Origin: a virus
Taxonomy: Duplodnaviria > Caudoviricetes
Strand: one strand, 5' to 3'
Virus record (IMG/VR): IMGVR_UViG_3300042934_000093
Location: 1-25,611 of that record
DNA: 25,611 bases
Part shown: positions 1 to 10,148 of the stretch, in pieces
Numbering within the stretch: the stretch's first letter is position 1
Layout of the letters: every line of letters begins with the position of its first letter
Translations under genes and position numbers: made by a program
Notes under the pieces: generated by a model
The model's database searches: none
What the model saw: the letters and a program-made list of their open reading frames with translations, nothing else
Told to the model about the DNA's origin: nothing

Positions 1-3000
1 CCAGTCCTCTGGCTTTGGTGGTGTGTTTGAAAAAATATTTCCACCTGAAATACAAAACACTATACGAAATATAATTGCCGGTTTTTATTCTCTCGGTAAC
101 AGTTTAAAAATAGTTGTGCAAGCTATCTTTAATATTATCAATGCTGTAGGTCCTACGTTTCTTACTTGGCTAAATATAGTAGTTACTATCGTATCTAGTA
201 TAGTAAGAGTACTGGCTTCTTTTGCCTATATGCTGACAAGCAATGCTACGGCATTATCTATGCTAACTAAATTTTTAATAATTGCCTCTGCTGCTTGGAT
301 ACTATTTAAAGTAAGAGCTTTAGCCGCATTAGCCTCTGGTGCTATTATAAAAGGTTTAAGTGCAATTAGTAAGGGCATTGCAGGTATTTCTAATGCATTA
401 GTTAGTTTAGCACAGCATCCAGCCTTACTTATATTTATAACTTTAACAGGCTTAGTATTGATACTAACAGGTACGCTTGATAAAGCAAGATCTTCGTTAA
501 ATAATTTTTTAAGCTCTATGAATGGCAATCTTTCAGGAACTATCTTACAACCAAAAACCGTTGATAAAGCTACAGGTTCTTTAGAAGACTTTAACAAGAT
601 GCTAGATGGTACTGGCAAGGGTATGGACGATTTAACTAAGAAATCTAAGAAGGCTAAAAAGGCAGCAGATTCTCTAAGCTTCGATGAAATCTTCAAAGTA
701 AATATTGACGAAGGCACTGATGACGGTATATTGTCACAATGGGAAGAATTACTAAACAACATATCAGCAGGTAACGCTGATTTTTCTGACGTATTTGACG
801 ATATAGAATTTGATGATTTTGGTAAAGCTTTTATTGATAAACTTGTTGAAGAATTTAAAACTAACTTAAAAGAATTTGGTAAGAAATTAAAAGCCGGTTT
901 TGACACTGTAGAATTTAATAATATGTTAGTAGCGTCGCTTGCTGCTATACTAGCTTTAGCGGCTCTTGGTTTCAACCCTGTTGGTATATTTGCTGCTTTT
1001 GGCTTAATATTAGTTGGTGTATTTTGGGATGACATACTTAATGCTTTTGGTTTAGACTGGAAGGTTGATCTTAAGACCGCTTTAATGGGCGCTCTAGTAG
1101 CTGCACTGGCTCTGGCTGCCTTGGGATTTACTCCGGCCGGTATATTTGCCGCATTTGCAGCTTTAATAATTGGTGCTTTCTGGGATGACATAAGGGACGC
1201 ATTTGGCCTTGATTGGAACTTTGATTTAGGTGCGGTGGCGATGGCTGCTATTATTGCGGCAGTTGCCATAGCAACGTTAGGCTTTACTCCGGCAGGTGTA
1301 TTTGTAGCTTTAGCCGCGTTAGTAGTGTCAGGCTTTTGGGATGACATTGCTGAAACATTTGGCGTTAAAGATCCTACTATAAGTCTAGGCGAAGTAGTGT
1401 TAGCTGCTATTGGTGCTGCAATTGCAAAAACTAGTTTTGTAGGTAAGAAAGGTATATGGGTTACAATAGCCGTAGTACTGGTTGCCAGCTTTTGGGATGA
1501 AATAGCAGCACAATTCGGTTTAACTTACGATGTTGGCTTAGATACAATTGTAAATACAGCTATTATAGGCGCTAGCGCTATAGCCGTTTCAGGATTGAAA
1601 AAGGGTCTGTTTGTTACATTAGCGGCTGCAATAGTACTAGGATTCAAAGATGATTTAGCAGAGGCTTTTGGTGAAGATGAAGTTAATGAGTTTATAGCAA
1701 CTACCATAGCTACTAGTGTTGCTACCGGTGCAAATGCAATAACAAAAGGCGGTAAGTTCTCAGGTATATTTTTAAGCGTAGCAGTAGCACTAGTTAACGA
1801 ATTGATTAAAGAGCTTGGTAAAGAGTTTGGTAAAAGTGCAGAAAAAATAGGCGCATCAGTTAGTTCTGCAACAGCTGCGGCTATAGTAGCCGGTTTGACT
1901 GCCGCATTAGTAGGAGTACCTGTTGCATTAGCTGTACCCATTGCAGCAGTTGTAACAGGCCTATTCGAGATGTTTAAAGATGAAATAGAAGACTTTCTTT
2001 ATTCTGAGGGCTTTCAAGCTTCTTTTGCATTACTAGTTGCGGGCGGTATTGGTTTTGCCATAGCTGGTGTACCAGGCGCGTTGTTGGGCGTGCTAGGCGG
2101 TGCAGCGTATGATATCGTTGTTATGTTTGGCGATGAAATTATGGCAGAAATAAAAGAGCAGTTTGCTGGCTTTGCCGAGAGATTTAAAAGTAATGTAGAC
2201 TTTATTGGAGAGTTCTTTAAAGTCGGTGCTTACATGGTTGAAGGTATATTTAAGGGTATTAGTAGTATACTTGCTACACCTGCTTCTATATTAGACAAAT
2301 ATGTATTTGATCCAATTATTAATGGTATTAAAGATTTGTTTGGTATTCACTCTCCCGCAACAACAATGGAGCCTATAGGTGCCTTTATTATTGAAGGTAT
2401 CTGGGTAGGTATTTCTGGTGCTATGAAAGACTTCTTAAGTAACATAGGTGAAAAAGTTGCTGATGTTGCTGGTGCATTTAAAGAATGGTTTGACGGTGTT
2501 AAGACCAAAGTAGATACTTGGTCATCTGATACATGGACTACTGTTTCTACTTGGACTAAAGATACTGCTACCAATTTTATTACATGGTGCACAGATAGAA
2601 AAAATGACTTTGAAACATGGCGATCCTCTGTGACAGAAAAAATAGGTACGTGGGCAACAGAGACAGGAACTACAATCGGTACATGGGCAACAGAAAAAGC
2701 CTCTGATATTGCCGGTTGGGCGGATCAAACCAGCAGTAAGATTGGTACCTGGATAGCAGACAAAAAGCGTGACTTTACTACATGGGCAACTGATACCGGA
2801 ACAAGCATCTCTAACTGGGTTATAGGTAGAAAGAGTGATATAAAAGACTGGGCAGAAAAGACTGGTACAGATATCTCAGATTGGTCAACAGCTACAGGTG
2901 CTAACATAAAAAGCTGGGTAGAAGAAAACGCTGAAAGATTTACTACATGGTTTACAGATAAGAAAAACGAGTTTGTAGATTTTGCAACAAAAGTTAAAGC

Positions 3001-3607
3001 GGATGTTAAAGATTGGACAGACGTTACAGGTGTTAATATTAGCGATTGGACAACGGATGCTTCTTCTAACATAGGCACTTTTATAACTGATTCGCTTAAA
3101 GCTATAAGTGGATGGGCTAAAGATATAGCTAGAGAGGTAAAGTCTGCTTTAGCTAGTGCCTGGAATAAAATTGATGATTTGAAAAACGGCGCCGCTGAGG
3201 CAGTTAGTGGTGTTTGGAACAGTGTTACGGATAGTATAAACGACGCTATAGGTAACATTACTGGCAAGGGAGATACACCTGTGGTATCTAATCCTAAGCC
3301 AAAGGTAGGGCATGCTACTGGAGGTATTTTTAATAGAGAGCATGTAGCTAATATATCTGAGAAAAATAAAGAAGAAGCAATTATACCGTTAGAGAATGAT
3401 ACAGCTATGCAACCTTTTTCAGACGCCGTATCCAATAGCATAGTACAGAGTTTAGCACCATTAATAGCATCGCTTAGTGGCAATAATACAAATAATAGTT
3501 TGCAACCGCTATATGTTGGTACATTAATAGCAGATGAAAGAGGCTTAAGAGAGTTAAATAAAAAGATGCGTATAATTGATATGACAGAAGCAGATAGGAG
3601 GTCATAA
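1..3607 (+). CDS. Tail tape measure protein, 5'-truncated
   Basis: Frame is open from position 2, so the GTG at 23 is not the true start. Long Ala/Gly-rich helical protein with 52-aa hydrophobic repeats, 11-aa Trp-periodic repeats and the C-terminal HATGG...EEAIIPL motif typical of tape measure proteins. Lies directly before the distal tail genes. Confidence 0.92.
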   Translation, partial: QSSGFGGVFEKIFPPEIQNTIRNIIAGFYSLGNSLKIVVQAIFNIINAVGPTFLTWLNIVVTIVSSIVRVLASFAYMLTSNATALSMLTKFLIIASAAWILFKVRALAALASGAIIKGLSAISKGIAGISNALVSLAQHPALLIFITLTGLVLILTGTLDKARSSLNNFLSSMNGNLSGTILQPKTVDKATGSLEDFNKMLDGTGKGMDDLTKKSKKAKKAADSLSFDEIFKVNIDEGTDDGILSQWEELLNNISAGNADFSDVFDDIEFDDFGKAFIDKLVEEFKTNLKEFGKKLKAGFDTVEFNNMLVASLAAILALAALGFNPVGIFAAFGLILVGVFWDDILNAFGLDWKVDLKTALMGALVAALALAALGFTPAGIFAAFAALIIGAFWDDIRDAFGLDWNFDLGAVAMAAIIAAVAIATLGFTPAGVFVALAALVVSGFWDDIAETFGVKDPTISLGEVVLAAIGAAIAKTSFVGKKGIWVTIAVVLVASFWDEIAAQFGLTYDVGLDTIVNTAIIGASAIAVSGLKKGLFVTLAAAIVLGFKDDLAEAFGEDEVNEFIATTIATSVATGANAITKGGKFSGIFLSVAVALVNELIKELGKEFGKSAEKIGASVSSATAAAIVAGLTAALVGVPVALAVPIAAVVTGLFEMFKDEIEDFLYSEGFQASFALLVAGGIGFAIAGVPGALLGVLGGAAYDIVVMFGDEIMAEIKEQFAGFAERFKSNVDFIGEFFKVGAYMVEGIFKGISSILATPASILDKYVFDPIINGIKDLFGIHSPATTMEPIGAFIIEGIWVGISGAMKDFLSNIGEKVADVAGAFKEWFDGVKTKVDTWSSDTWTTVSTWTKDTATNFITWCTDRKNDFETWRSSVTEKIGTWATETGTTIGTWATEKASDIAGWADQTSSKIGTWIADKKRDFTTWATDTGTSISNWVIGRKSDIKDWAEKTGTDISDWSTATGANIKSWVEENAERFTTWFTDKKNEFVDFATKVKADVKDWTDVTGVNISDWTTDASSNIGTFITDSLKAISGWAKDIAREVKSALASAWNKIDDLKNGAAEAVSGVWNSVTDSINDAIGNITGKGDTPVVSNPKPKVGHATGGIFNREHVANISEKNKEEAIIPLENDTAMQPFSDAVSNSIVQSLAPLIASLSGNNTNNSLQPLYVGTLIADERGLRELNKKMRIIDMTEADRRS
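926..1672 (+). repeat. Five ~52-aa hydrophobic repeats within the tape measure protein
   Basis: FWDD/FWDE/FKDD anchors at nt 1022, 1178, 1334, 1490 and 1643 (spacing 156, 156, 156, 153). Consensus like LAALGFxPxGIFxAxxxLxxGxFWDDIxxAFG. Confidence 0.9.
2486..3145 (+). repeat. About 20 x 11-aa W/F-anchored repeats within the tape measure protein
   Basis: Trp (occasionally Phe) every 11 residues, e.g. WATETGTTIGT WATEKASDIAG WADQTSSKIGT. Confidence 0.9.
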
Positions 3608-3963
3608 TGGCAGACAATATTATTAATGGCATTACTGTTAAAAATCCGTCTGGTTTTAAAATTGAGCGCTATAAAGTTACAACACTGCAGCGTTTAGCAA
3701 ATGCAGATATGACAGGTGATTTATTAGCAAAAAAGATTAAACTGTATTACACGTATGATAGTATATCTGGCTATGATTTAGATATAATACTAAGCGCAAT
3801 ATGGGAAGCACCAGGCATATTTTTTCCTGTTAAATACCTGGTTAATGGCTCAGTTAATACTATTACTGCATATGTAGGCTCTATACCGTCTGACTTGTAT
3901 AGAGCCGGTAGAACTACAAACTGGGTTTGGAAAAATGTAACCTTTAATTTAATTCAGAAATAG
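3607..3963 (+). CDS. Distal tail (Dit-like) protein, 118 aa
   Basis: TAATG overlap with the tape measure stop. Position and the pattern ING..VKNPS...R.A..DM.GD.LAKK.KL resemble small post-TMP tail proteins. Confidence 0.65.
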   Translation: MADNIINGITVKNPSGFKIERYKVTTLQRLANADMTGDLLAKKIKLYYTYDSISGYDLDIILSAIWEAPGIFFPVKYLVNGSVNTITAYVGSIPSDLYRAGRTTNWVWKNVTFNLIQK

Positions 3964-3972
3964 GAGGCAAAG

Positions 3973-4119
3973 ATGGAAAGTACAGACCTTTCCGCTAAGG
4001 CGGTATTTAAGTTAACTAAATTAAATGAGAATGGTGAAGTTGTAAGCTACGAAGAACACGAAGTAGACTTAACAAGCGAGGAGGTAAAACAATTATGGCA
4101 GTCACAACAGCAGGTTTAA
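3973..4119 (+). CDS. Small 48-aa tail-region protein (not in ORF track)
   Basis: AGGAGG at 3962-3967 then ATG 3973. MESTDLSAKAVFKLTKLNENGEVVSYEEHEVDLTSEEVKQLWQSQQQV*. Overlaps the next gene by 25 nt. Confidence 0.7.
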   Translation: MESTDLSAKAVFKLTKLNENGEVVSYEEHEVDLTSEEVKQLWQSQQQV

Positions 4120-4469
4120 ACTTTATAGCAGGTGCTATTACAGGAGCAGGTACTTTTTTCAATAATGCTAATGCAAACATCGGTGTAGGTAATGGTACAA
4201 CTGCAGTAGCCATTGGACAGACAGATTTACTTGGCACCAGTAAATTCAGACAAGGCATGGATGCAACATACCCATTAGTAGCGGGTGCAGTAATGACATT
4301 CAAGTCTACCTTTGCTCCCGCAAGTGCTAATTTTGCTTGGACTGAATGGGGCATATTTAATGCAAGCACAGGTGGTGTAATGTTATGTAGAGTATTAGAA
4401 ACAAATGGTACAAAATTATCAAATCAAACCTGGATATTAGAATTAGATATAACCGTCGCTACAGCGTAA
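4095..4469 (+). CDS. Minor tail/baseplate structural protein, 124 aa
   Basis: GAGGAGGT ribosome site. Motifs IGVGNGTTA...QTDL and ANFAWTEWGIFNA...G.ML.R are typical of phage minor tail proteins. Confidence 0.7.
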   Translation: MAVTTAGLNFIAGAITGAGTFFNNANANIGVGNGTTAVAIGQTDLLGTSKFRQGMDATYPLVAGAVMTFKSTFAPASANFAWTEWGIFNASTGGVMLCRVLETNGTKLSNQTWILELDITVATA

Positions 4470-4488
4470 TTTTAAGGGGGTATATATA

Positions 4489-7431
4489 ATGTCAATAGTC
4501 TCGAATAGCATTAATTATGCCACGCCAAACTATAGCGGTATCATAGAGGAAAACTTCGCAGATTCTGCGAAGTATTTCTCTTTACATGATAATATTTTGG
4601 ATGGCTCTTATACATTGTTAGGTGCCACTACACCTTTGTGGAGTTCTATACTATCTGATAATACGGGTATTTTAACGCCGACGGTTGAAATAACTATTGA
4701 AGATACAATGACGATACATTGTTTAAGTATTATAGGCGATGTAACTGCTGCTGTGTATCCCGTTACTTTTGACTATTTTATTTATAAAGCAGGCACACAA
4801 CTTTTTGGCGGTACGATATACGATAATGCTACGACAAATTTTCTATACAAATTACCTACTGTGTACGAGGCAGACAAAATTGTCATAAGGGTGCTTAAGA
4901 TTAATAAACCTTACTATACGTTACGGCTGACTAGCTTATTCAACCCACACATTGTATATAGGAAAGGCTCTGTGGTAACAAAATTGTTAAACGCTACAAA
5001 GCTATCTTTGCTTATACCAAAGCACTCTTCTAGTGCAATATCTGTAGGTCTTAACGCTAATATATCTAGCGTAATAGCAACTTTAGACGTAAGTAATAGT
5101 GTATCTATTAAACTTGCTAATCCTACTAAAAATGATCTAACTGTTGTATCTAAAAGAGTCGACAATATGACCTTACAAGCAAATACACAAAACGCGTTAA
5201 CTAATACCTTTAAGAGAGTAAGTAGTACAGGTATTAAAGTAAACAATGCTGTGTCTAAATTTTCTAACATTTTTGATAGAGCAGATTCTACTAGTATAAA
5301 ACTTAACAGCAGCATTACGCGTCCTACCATGTATTCTAAAAGACAGAACAGTATAACTAATAAACTTAACTCCTCTATAAGCAGACTAAAAGTTAGCGCA
5401 AAGAAAGTAGATTATATAACTATACAGCCTACTACAGTTAATAAACTATATAATGATTTTTACAGATCGGCAGATATGACTATAAGTATAAATAATAGTG
5501 TATCAAAGGTTACAAATAAGCATAAAGCAACCGATAATGCTACTTTAAGACTTAATGCGGCTAGAGCAAAAATCACTAATAGATTTAAGCGAAATAATTC
5601 AATAATAGTTAGGCTAGACGGCAGTAGTTTACCTACTAATATTCATACTGTTATGAAAGAAGCTACTCGTACTATCTATGGCAAGGTGTTAGTTACATAC
5701 ATGAGCCCGCTAGTTGATGAAAAACTTGCTATTACCTCTAATGGAATTGCTTATAATAGTAATGTAAACCAATTATACAATGCCTCCTTAGATTCTTCAT
5801 TTATTGTAACTAGACTAAATAACTTTAAGTTAGACTCAAGTAGTTACTTAATGGGTGATAATACTGAAGTAGGTTGGTGGTCATCTTTTCTTTCTAAAAC
5901 CGATGGCACATTTACTACAGATCCTACTTTGCACATGGCTTTTATACCTAGATTAGTTATGTCGTTAAGCATAGTCAGTAGCGCCGTGCATGATATAATA
6001 CTTGTTGATTATACTGTGCAGGTAACATCTAATGGTGTAGTACTTACATATGAAGTGACGGCTAATACTAATTTTGACAATCTTATAGCTTCTGTTATAC
6101 CGGAAGTGTCCGCTATAGATGTTATAGTGCATAAAATAAATAAAGCAAATACACCAGCTAACATAGTAGAAATAACAACTGCGTCTACTGTAACCTATGA
6201 GCACGAGAACTTAATTAGCATTGACTTATTAGAAGAATTATCTTACAATGATGAAGTAGAGTCATTAGGCGGTATTTCTGCTAATGATGTACATATCAAT
6301 ATAGACAATACAGATAAGCAATTTTACTTTAATAATAGCGAATCTTTAATAGCTAAGCAGCTAAAGAAAAACAGAAGAATAATACCATACCTTGGTGCTG
6401 AAGTAGTGCCTGGCCAAATAGAGTGGCATAAGCTTGGTACGTATTGGTCATATTCATGGGATGTACCTGTAGGTAACCTCTATGCACGCGTTGTAGCTTT
6501 TGATACGCTTGGCTTACTTAAAACGTTTGATTTTTACAAGCATCAAGTATATATTAATTATTCACTTGGTACACTTATCGAATTTGTTCTTATGGATGCA
6601 AAATTAACATATACATTATTAGAGTGGATTATTGATAGTAGTCTGTATTCAGTCATTATACCGTATGCATGGTTTGAACGAAATAATCATATGGCAGCAC
6701 TTGAAAAAATAGCACAATGTTACAGATTAAATATTTATTGTGACAGAGATGGAAAAATAGTTGCTGTACCGCGGTATGCTATAGGTAGTTCATATGATGA
6801 ATGGTCAGATAGTACAAACATAATAAATAAAAGCTATCCTACATTATATACAGACGTATCAAACACCATAAACGTATATGTAACAAGCATACAAGTTACT
6901 AACGGTCCAGTACTTAACTTTACATCTATTATTCCTATAGATGGTGAATATGAACTTACTCTTGCCAGCTCATATCCAATTATATCAAATGTAAGCGTGA
7001 CTATAGGTAAGGATGCCGGTGTTTCGTACTCGTATGAAAAGTATTCCTGGGGTGTTGTATTTAAATTTACAGGTTTAGGAAACGTAAATAGCATTATGGT
7101 ATCTGCAGATTATGTATTAGCAAAGAAAGACTCAATAGCTACTAGCTCTAATAAAGAGTTAGTGCAAATGGACGGTGTAAAGGTACTTACTATAGATAGT
7201 CCTTTTATACAGACTTTCGATCATGCTCTTAGCCTAGCAGATAGCATACTGCAAGACGCAGCAGTTGATATATATGATGCTGATGTAGAGTATAGAGGTG
7301 ATATTTCTCTAACTGTTAATGATCCTATTATACTTAATAACGGCATTGCACCTACTAAGAATTATTTTATAAAAAGACACGAATTACTATGGGACGGGTC
7401 GCTGAATGGTAGAGCAAAAATAAACACTTGA
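4489..7431 (+). CDS. Large tail hub/baseplate (Tal-like) protein with a duplicated beta domain and repeat linker, 980 aa
   Basis: AAGGGGG ribosome site. The C-terminal half has hub-type motifs (ALEKIAQ...IYCDRDGKIV; YRGDISLTVNDPI). Two related N-terminal domains flank 20-21-aa repeats. Confidence 0.75.
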   Translation: MSIVSNSINYATPNYSGIIEENFADSAKYFSLHDNILDGSYTLLGATTPLWSSILSDNTGILTPTVEITIEDTMTIHCLSIIGDVTAAVYPVTFDYFIYKAGTQLFGGTIYDNATTNFLYKLPTVYEADKIVIRVLKINKPYYTLRLTSLFNPHIVYRKGSVVTKLLNATKLSLLIPKHSSSAISVGLNANISSVIATLDVSNSVSIKLANPTKNDLTVVSKRVDNMTLQANTQNALTNTFKRVSSTGIKVNNAVSKFSNIFDRADSTSIKLNSSITRPTMYSKRQNSITNKLNSSISRLKVSAKKVDYITIQPTTVNKLYNDFYRSADMTISINNSVSKVTNKHKATDNATLRLNAARAKITNRFKRNNSIIVRLDGSSLPTNIHTVMKEATRTIYGKVLVTYMSPLVDEKLAITSNGIAYNSNVNQLYNASLDSSFIVTRLNNFKLDSSSYLMGDNTEVGWWSSFLSKTDGTFTTDPTLHMAFIPRLVMSLSIVSSAVHDIILVDYTVQVTSNGVVLTYEVTANTNFDNLIASVIPEVSAIDVIVHKINKANTPANIVEITTASTVTYEHENLISIDLLEELSYNDEVESLGGISANDVHINIDNTDKQFYFNNSESLIAKQLKKNRRIIPYLGAEVVPGQIEWHKLGTYWSYSWDVPVGNLYARVVAFDTLGLLKTFDFYKHQVYINYSLGTLIEFVLMDAKLTYTLLEWIIDSSLYSVIIPYAWFERNNHMAALEKIAQCYRLNIYCDRDGKIVAVPRYAIGSSYDEWSDSTNIINKSYPTLYTDVSNTINVYVTSIQVTNGPVLNFTSIIPIDGEYELTLASSYPIISNVSVTIGKDAGVSYSYEKYSWGVVFKFTGLGNVNSIMVSADYVLAKKDSIATSSNKELVQMDGVKVLTIDSPFIQTFDHALSLADSILQDAAVDIYDADVEYRGDISLTVNDPIILNNGIAPTKNYFIKRHELLWDGSLNGRAKINT

Positions 7432-7445
7432 TAATGGAGGCATTT

Positions 7446-8501
7446 ATGGCGTGGATAACCCCTAAAACAGACTGGACAGCGGCTAATGGTTTAGCCGCTG
7501 CAGATATGAATAGAATAGAAGGAAATACTAATCATCTAAAAGGTTTAGTAGATAAAGTAACATATGACTTTTCTGACATAACTACACCAGCAGTATCTAC
7601 TGACATTAGACTATATGTCACAGCGTCTAGACCATTATATAGAGTCTATGTAGGTAGTACAGAAAATTTTTCTAACTTAACTAATGTGCCTATAACAGGC
7701 AATATAATCATAACTGTGACAGGTGGTATATACTCAGCTAATAATCTTTACTACGCTACCTTGATATGCCGAGAAATGCTAGGTGGAAAAATATTTACTT
7801 GTACCGTATATAACAATACCTCAGTAACAGCCTGGGTTAACGATGCAGACACTGTAGATGGCTTACACAGTACAGATATTGTAAGGGTACTAAACTTAGG
7901 CGCTTTGACAACTGCTCAAGTTAATACTGTTACATGGCCGTATAACTATGAGATTGATATACCTGACGGGTCTAGTATAGGTTTACCGGGCACATACTAC
8001 CATATAAAACATCAAAGGCACACAGCGTATAGCTCAGGATATGCGGCGCAAACAGCGAAGTCTTTTTATGAAACTTCTGAATATATTAGAACAGGCAATG
8101 GTACTACATGGACAGCTTGGACTAAGGTTACTGGTTATAGTGATACATTAACAACTGCTCTAAACCTTAAAGGTATAGATGCTACTGTAAGAATTGTAGC
8201 ACGAAGCAACATGGATATAATTAATAATCCTAACTGGGGTTATCCTTATGTTACAACTGTAAATCCAGGCACCAGTGTAGGTTTACCAGGCGCTAATTGG
8301 TATCATATCATGTACTTTAGACATTATGATAATAATGGGTATGGCGCACAAATGGCAATAGGCCTAGATGCTGGCAATGTTATGTATATACGAACTTCTG
8401 TGGCCGGGTCGTGGCTAGGCTGGCGCCGTGTAACACCTCAATACAGCACCGCGTTACCTGGCGCGTTAGCTGAGGGGGAGGTATATTATGTTTATGAATA
8501 G
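7446..8501 (+). CDS. Tail fibre protein 1 with knob-like repeats (351 aa from ATG 7446)
   Basis: GGAGG at 7436-7440 favours ATG 7446 over the TTG at 7428. N-terminus MAWITPKTDW...DMNRIEGN; two knob-type repeats GLPG..YHI...H....GY.AQ.A......YIRT....W..W..V; ends GEVYYVYE. Confidence 0.8.
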   Translation: MAWITPKTDWTAANGLAAADMNRIEGNTNHLKGLVDKVTYDFSDITTPAVSTDIRLYVTASRPLYRVYVGSTENFSNLTNVPITGNIIITVTGGIYSANNLYYATLICREMLGGKIFTCTVYNNTSVTAWVNDADTVDGLHSTDIVRVLNLGALTTAQVNTVTWPYNYEIDIPDGSSIGLPGTYYHIKHQRHTAYSSGYAAQTAKSFYETSEYIRTGNGTTWTAWTKVTGYSDTLTTALNLKGIDATVRIVARSNMDIINNPNWGYPYVTTVNPGTSVGLPGANWYHIMYFRHYDNNGYGAQMAIGLDAGNVMYIRTSVAGSWLGWRRVTPQYSTALPGALAEGEVYYVYE

Positions 8502-8512
8502 GGGGTATTCAA

Positions 8513-9001
8513 ATGGCATGGGTTACACCTAAAATGAATTGGGCAGCGGCAGATGCCGTAGCTGCTACAGATATGAACAGAATAGAAGGTAATGTAGATT
8601 ATTTAAACACTGCTAAAGCTGCCGCTGTACATGTACACTCTGCCGCAGATGTTACAACAGGTACACTACCTATTGCTAGAGGCGGTACGGGAACAACCAC
8701 TGCCGCAGCTGTAAGAAATGCATTAGGCTTAGGCAATACCACTGCAGCCTTACCTGTAGCTAACGGTGGTACCGGTGCCACTAATGCTGCTGCAGCCCTG
8801 GCTGCAATAGGCGGCGCAACAGCATTTCATAGTCACGCACCAACTGATATAAATGCAGGTACCTTACCTGTAGGTGTTGTGGCGACTAATGATGTTGACT
8901 ATACTACACCTAGGCCTAGAAACATTCAAGCAGGTACTAGTGATCTTACGGCCGGCGTAACTGGCTTAGCAAATGGTAGTATATATCTTGTATATGAATA
9001 G
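8513..9001 (+). CDS. Tail fibre protein 2, 162 aa
   Basis: N-terminus paralogous to fibre 1. HxH motifs (HVHSAADV, HSHAPTDI) and LP.A.GGTG repeats typical of fibre shafts. Ends GSIYLVYE. Confidence 0.8.
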   Translation: MAWVTPKMNWAAADAVAATDMNRIEGNVDYLNTAKAAAVHVHSAADVTTGTLPIARGGTGTTTAAAVRNALGLGNTTAALPVANGGTGATNAAAALAAIGGATAFHSHAPTDINAGTLPVGVVATNDVDYTTPRPRNIQAGTSDLTAGVTGLANGSIYLVYE

Positions 9002-9009
9002 GAGGTATT

Positions 9010-10134
9010 ATGGGAATATACGTAGGTGTAGGAGGCGTTGCTCATAAAGTTAAAAAAGCCTACATAGGTGTAAGCGGCGCCGCAAGAAAGATAAAAAAGG
9101 GTTATGTAGGTGTAGGAGGCGCTGCCAGACTTATGTTCAGTGGCGCACCTGAAAAAGTCGCTAGTGTCACACCGTTATCATTAGAGAAAATAGGTTTAAA
9201 AGTAGCTTATACTGGTAATTATGTTGTAATGGCTAATGGTAATAATGTATCAGGTTACCATCATAGGCCTGTAGAAGTTTATGATACATCGCTAACAAAG
9301 ATCGCTGCTACAGATCTAGGTAGCGATAGAGAAGGTATGGCACCTGCAAATATAGGAGGTTACGCATGTTTTGTAGGTGGTATATGGCGCGACACTAACA
9401 CTAACTTTGGTTCTATGATTAGATATGATGCATCATTAGTCAGATCTAGTGCCTCAGTAGGTTTAGCTTTGTCTAGTGCTAATTTAGCAGTTGCTAGAAA
9501 TACTAACTATACTTTCTTTCTTGGTGGTACGCAGTACAATGATACATATAGGCGTACTGTAACGGCTATGTCTGATGCCTTTGCTGCCACCAGTTTATCT
9601 AATCTATTTAATGATATGACTGCTGGAACAGTTTCTGCACTAAGCACCGCTGCATATGCAGTGTTTGCAACAGCAGCTATAGCATATGATAACGCACGTG
9701 TGCAAGTAGCTTTTTCTGGCATTACTACTAGTGGTAGCTCTGCAACAGGGGCATTGCTAAAGAACTATATTTTATTTGCAGGTGGGTCGCCTACCGGTGG
9801 AGGCGTTACTAACGAAATAGCTGTCTATGATCTTAATTTAACAAGAGTAGGTACCGCCACTCTTGCTAACGCGGCACAAAGGACTATGGCTGTATCACGA
9901 GACGATTATTGTATTATAGCAGGTGGTTATGTGACTACTTTTGCTACCGCTTTTAGTACTGTAGCAGGCATTGATACTTTCTTAGTTAGAGATGATTTAC
10001 AAAACTTATCTACAGGAAGATTCTCTGCTGCTTGCTTTAATATTGGAGATTATGCAGGTTTTGCTGGTGGCTATGCAACAATAGCTGGCGGAGGTTATGG
10101 GGTAGTAAATGTTGTAGAAGCATATAGATTTTAA
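9010..10134 (+). CDS. Putative fibre-tip adhesin with Kelch-like beta-propeller repeats, 374 aa
   Basis: AGGAGGT ribosome site. N-terminal Y(V/I)GV(G/S)G x3 motif, then ~6-7 repeats of Y..F.GG ... V..YD..L. Confidence 0.7.
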   Translation: MGIYVGVGGVAHKVKKAYIGVSGAARKIKKGYVGVGGAARLMFSGAPEKVASVTPLSLEKIGLKVAYTGNYVVMANGNNVSGYHHRPVEVYDTSLTKIAATDLGSDREGMAPANIGGYACFVGGIWRDTNTNFGSMIRYDASLVRSSASVGLALSSANLAVARNTNYTFFLGGTQYNDTYRRTVTAMSDAFAATSLSNLFNDMTAGTVSALSTAAYAVFATAAIAYDNARVQVAFSGITTSGSSATGALLKNYILFAGGSPTGGGVTNEIAVYDLNLTRVGTATLANAAQRTMAVSRDDYCIIAGGYVTTFATAFSTVAGIDTFLVRDDLQNLSTGRFSAACFNIGDYAGFAGGYATIAGGGYGVVNVVEAYRF

Positions 10135-10148
10135 GGAGGATTTTAAAA

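Noticed and set aside
226-3483. Long minus-strand ORFs (373, 138, 252 aa and others) opposite the tape measure gene
   Set aside because: Antisense shadows of an Ala/Gly-rich repetitive gene; no ribosome sites or recognisable domains noted.
4115-4121. TTTAAAC slippery heptamer in the overlap of the two small tail ORFs
   Set aside because: It is phased in the downstream gene's frame, so it cannot shift ribosomes from the upstream ORF into it.
7446-10134. Diversity-generating retroelement or invertible fibre cassette
   Set aside because: No reverse transcriptase or invertase in the window, no template/variable repeat pair differing at adenines, and all fibre genes are co-oriented. The GC-rich stretch at 8400-8480 alone is insufficient.
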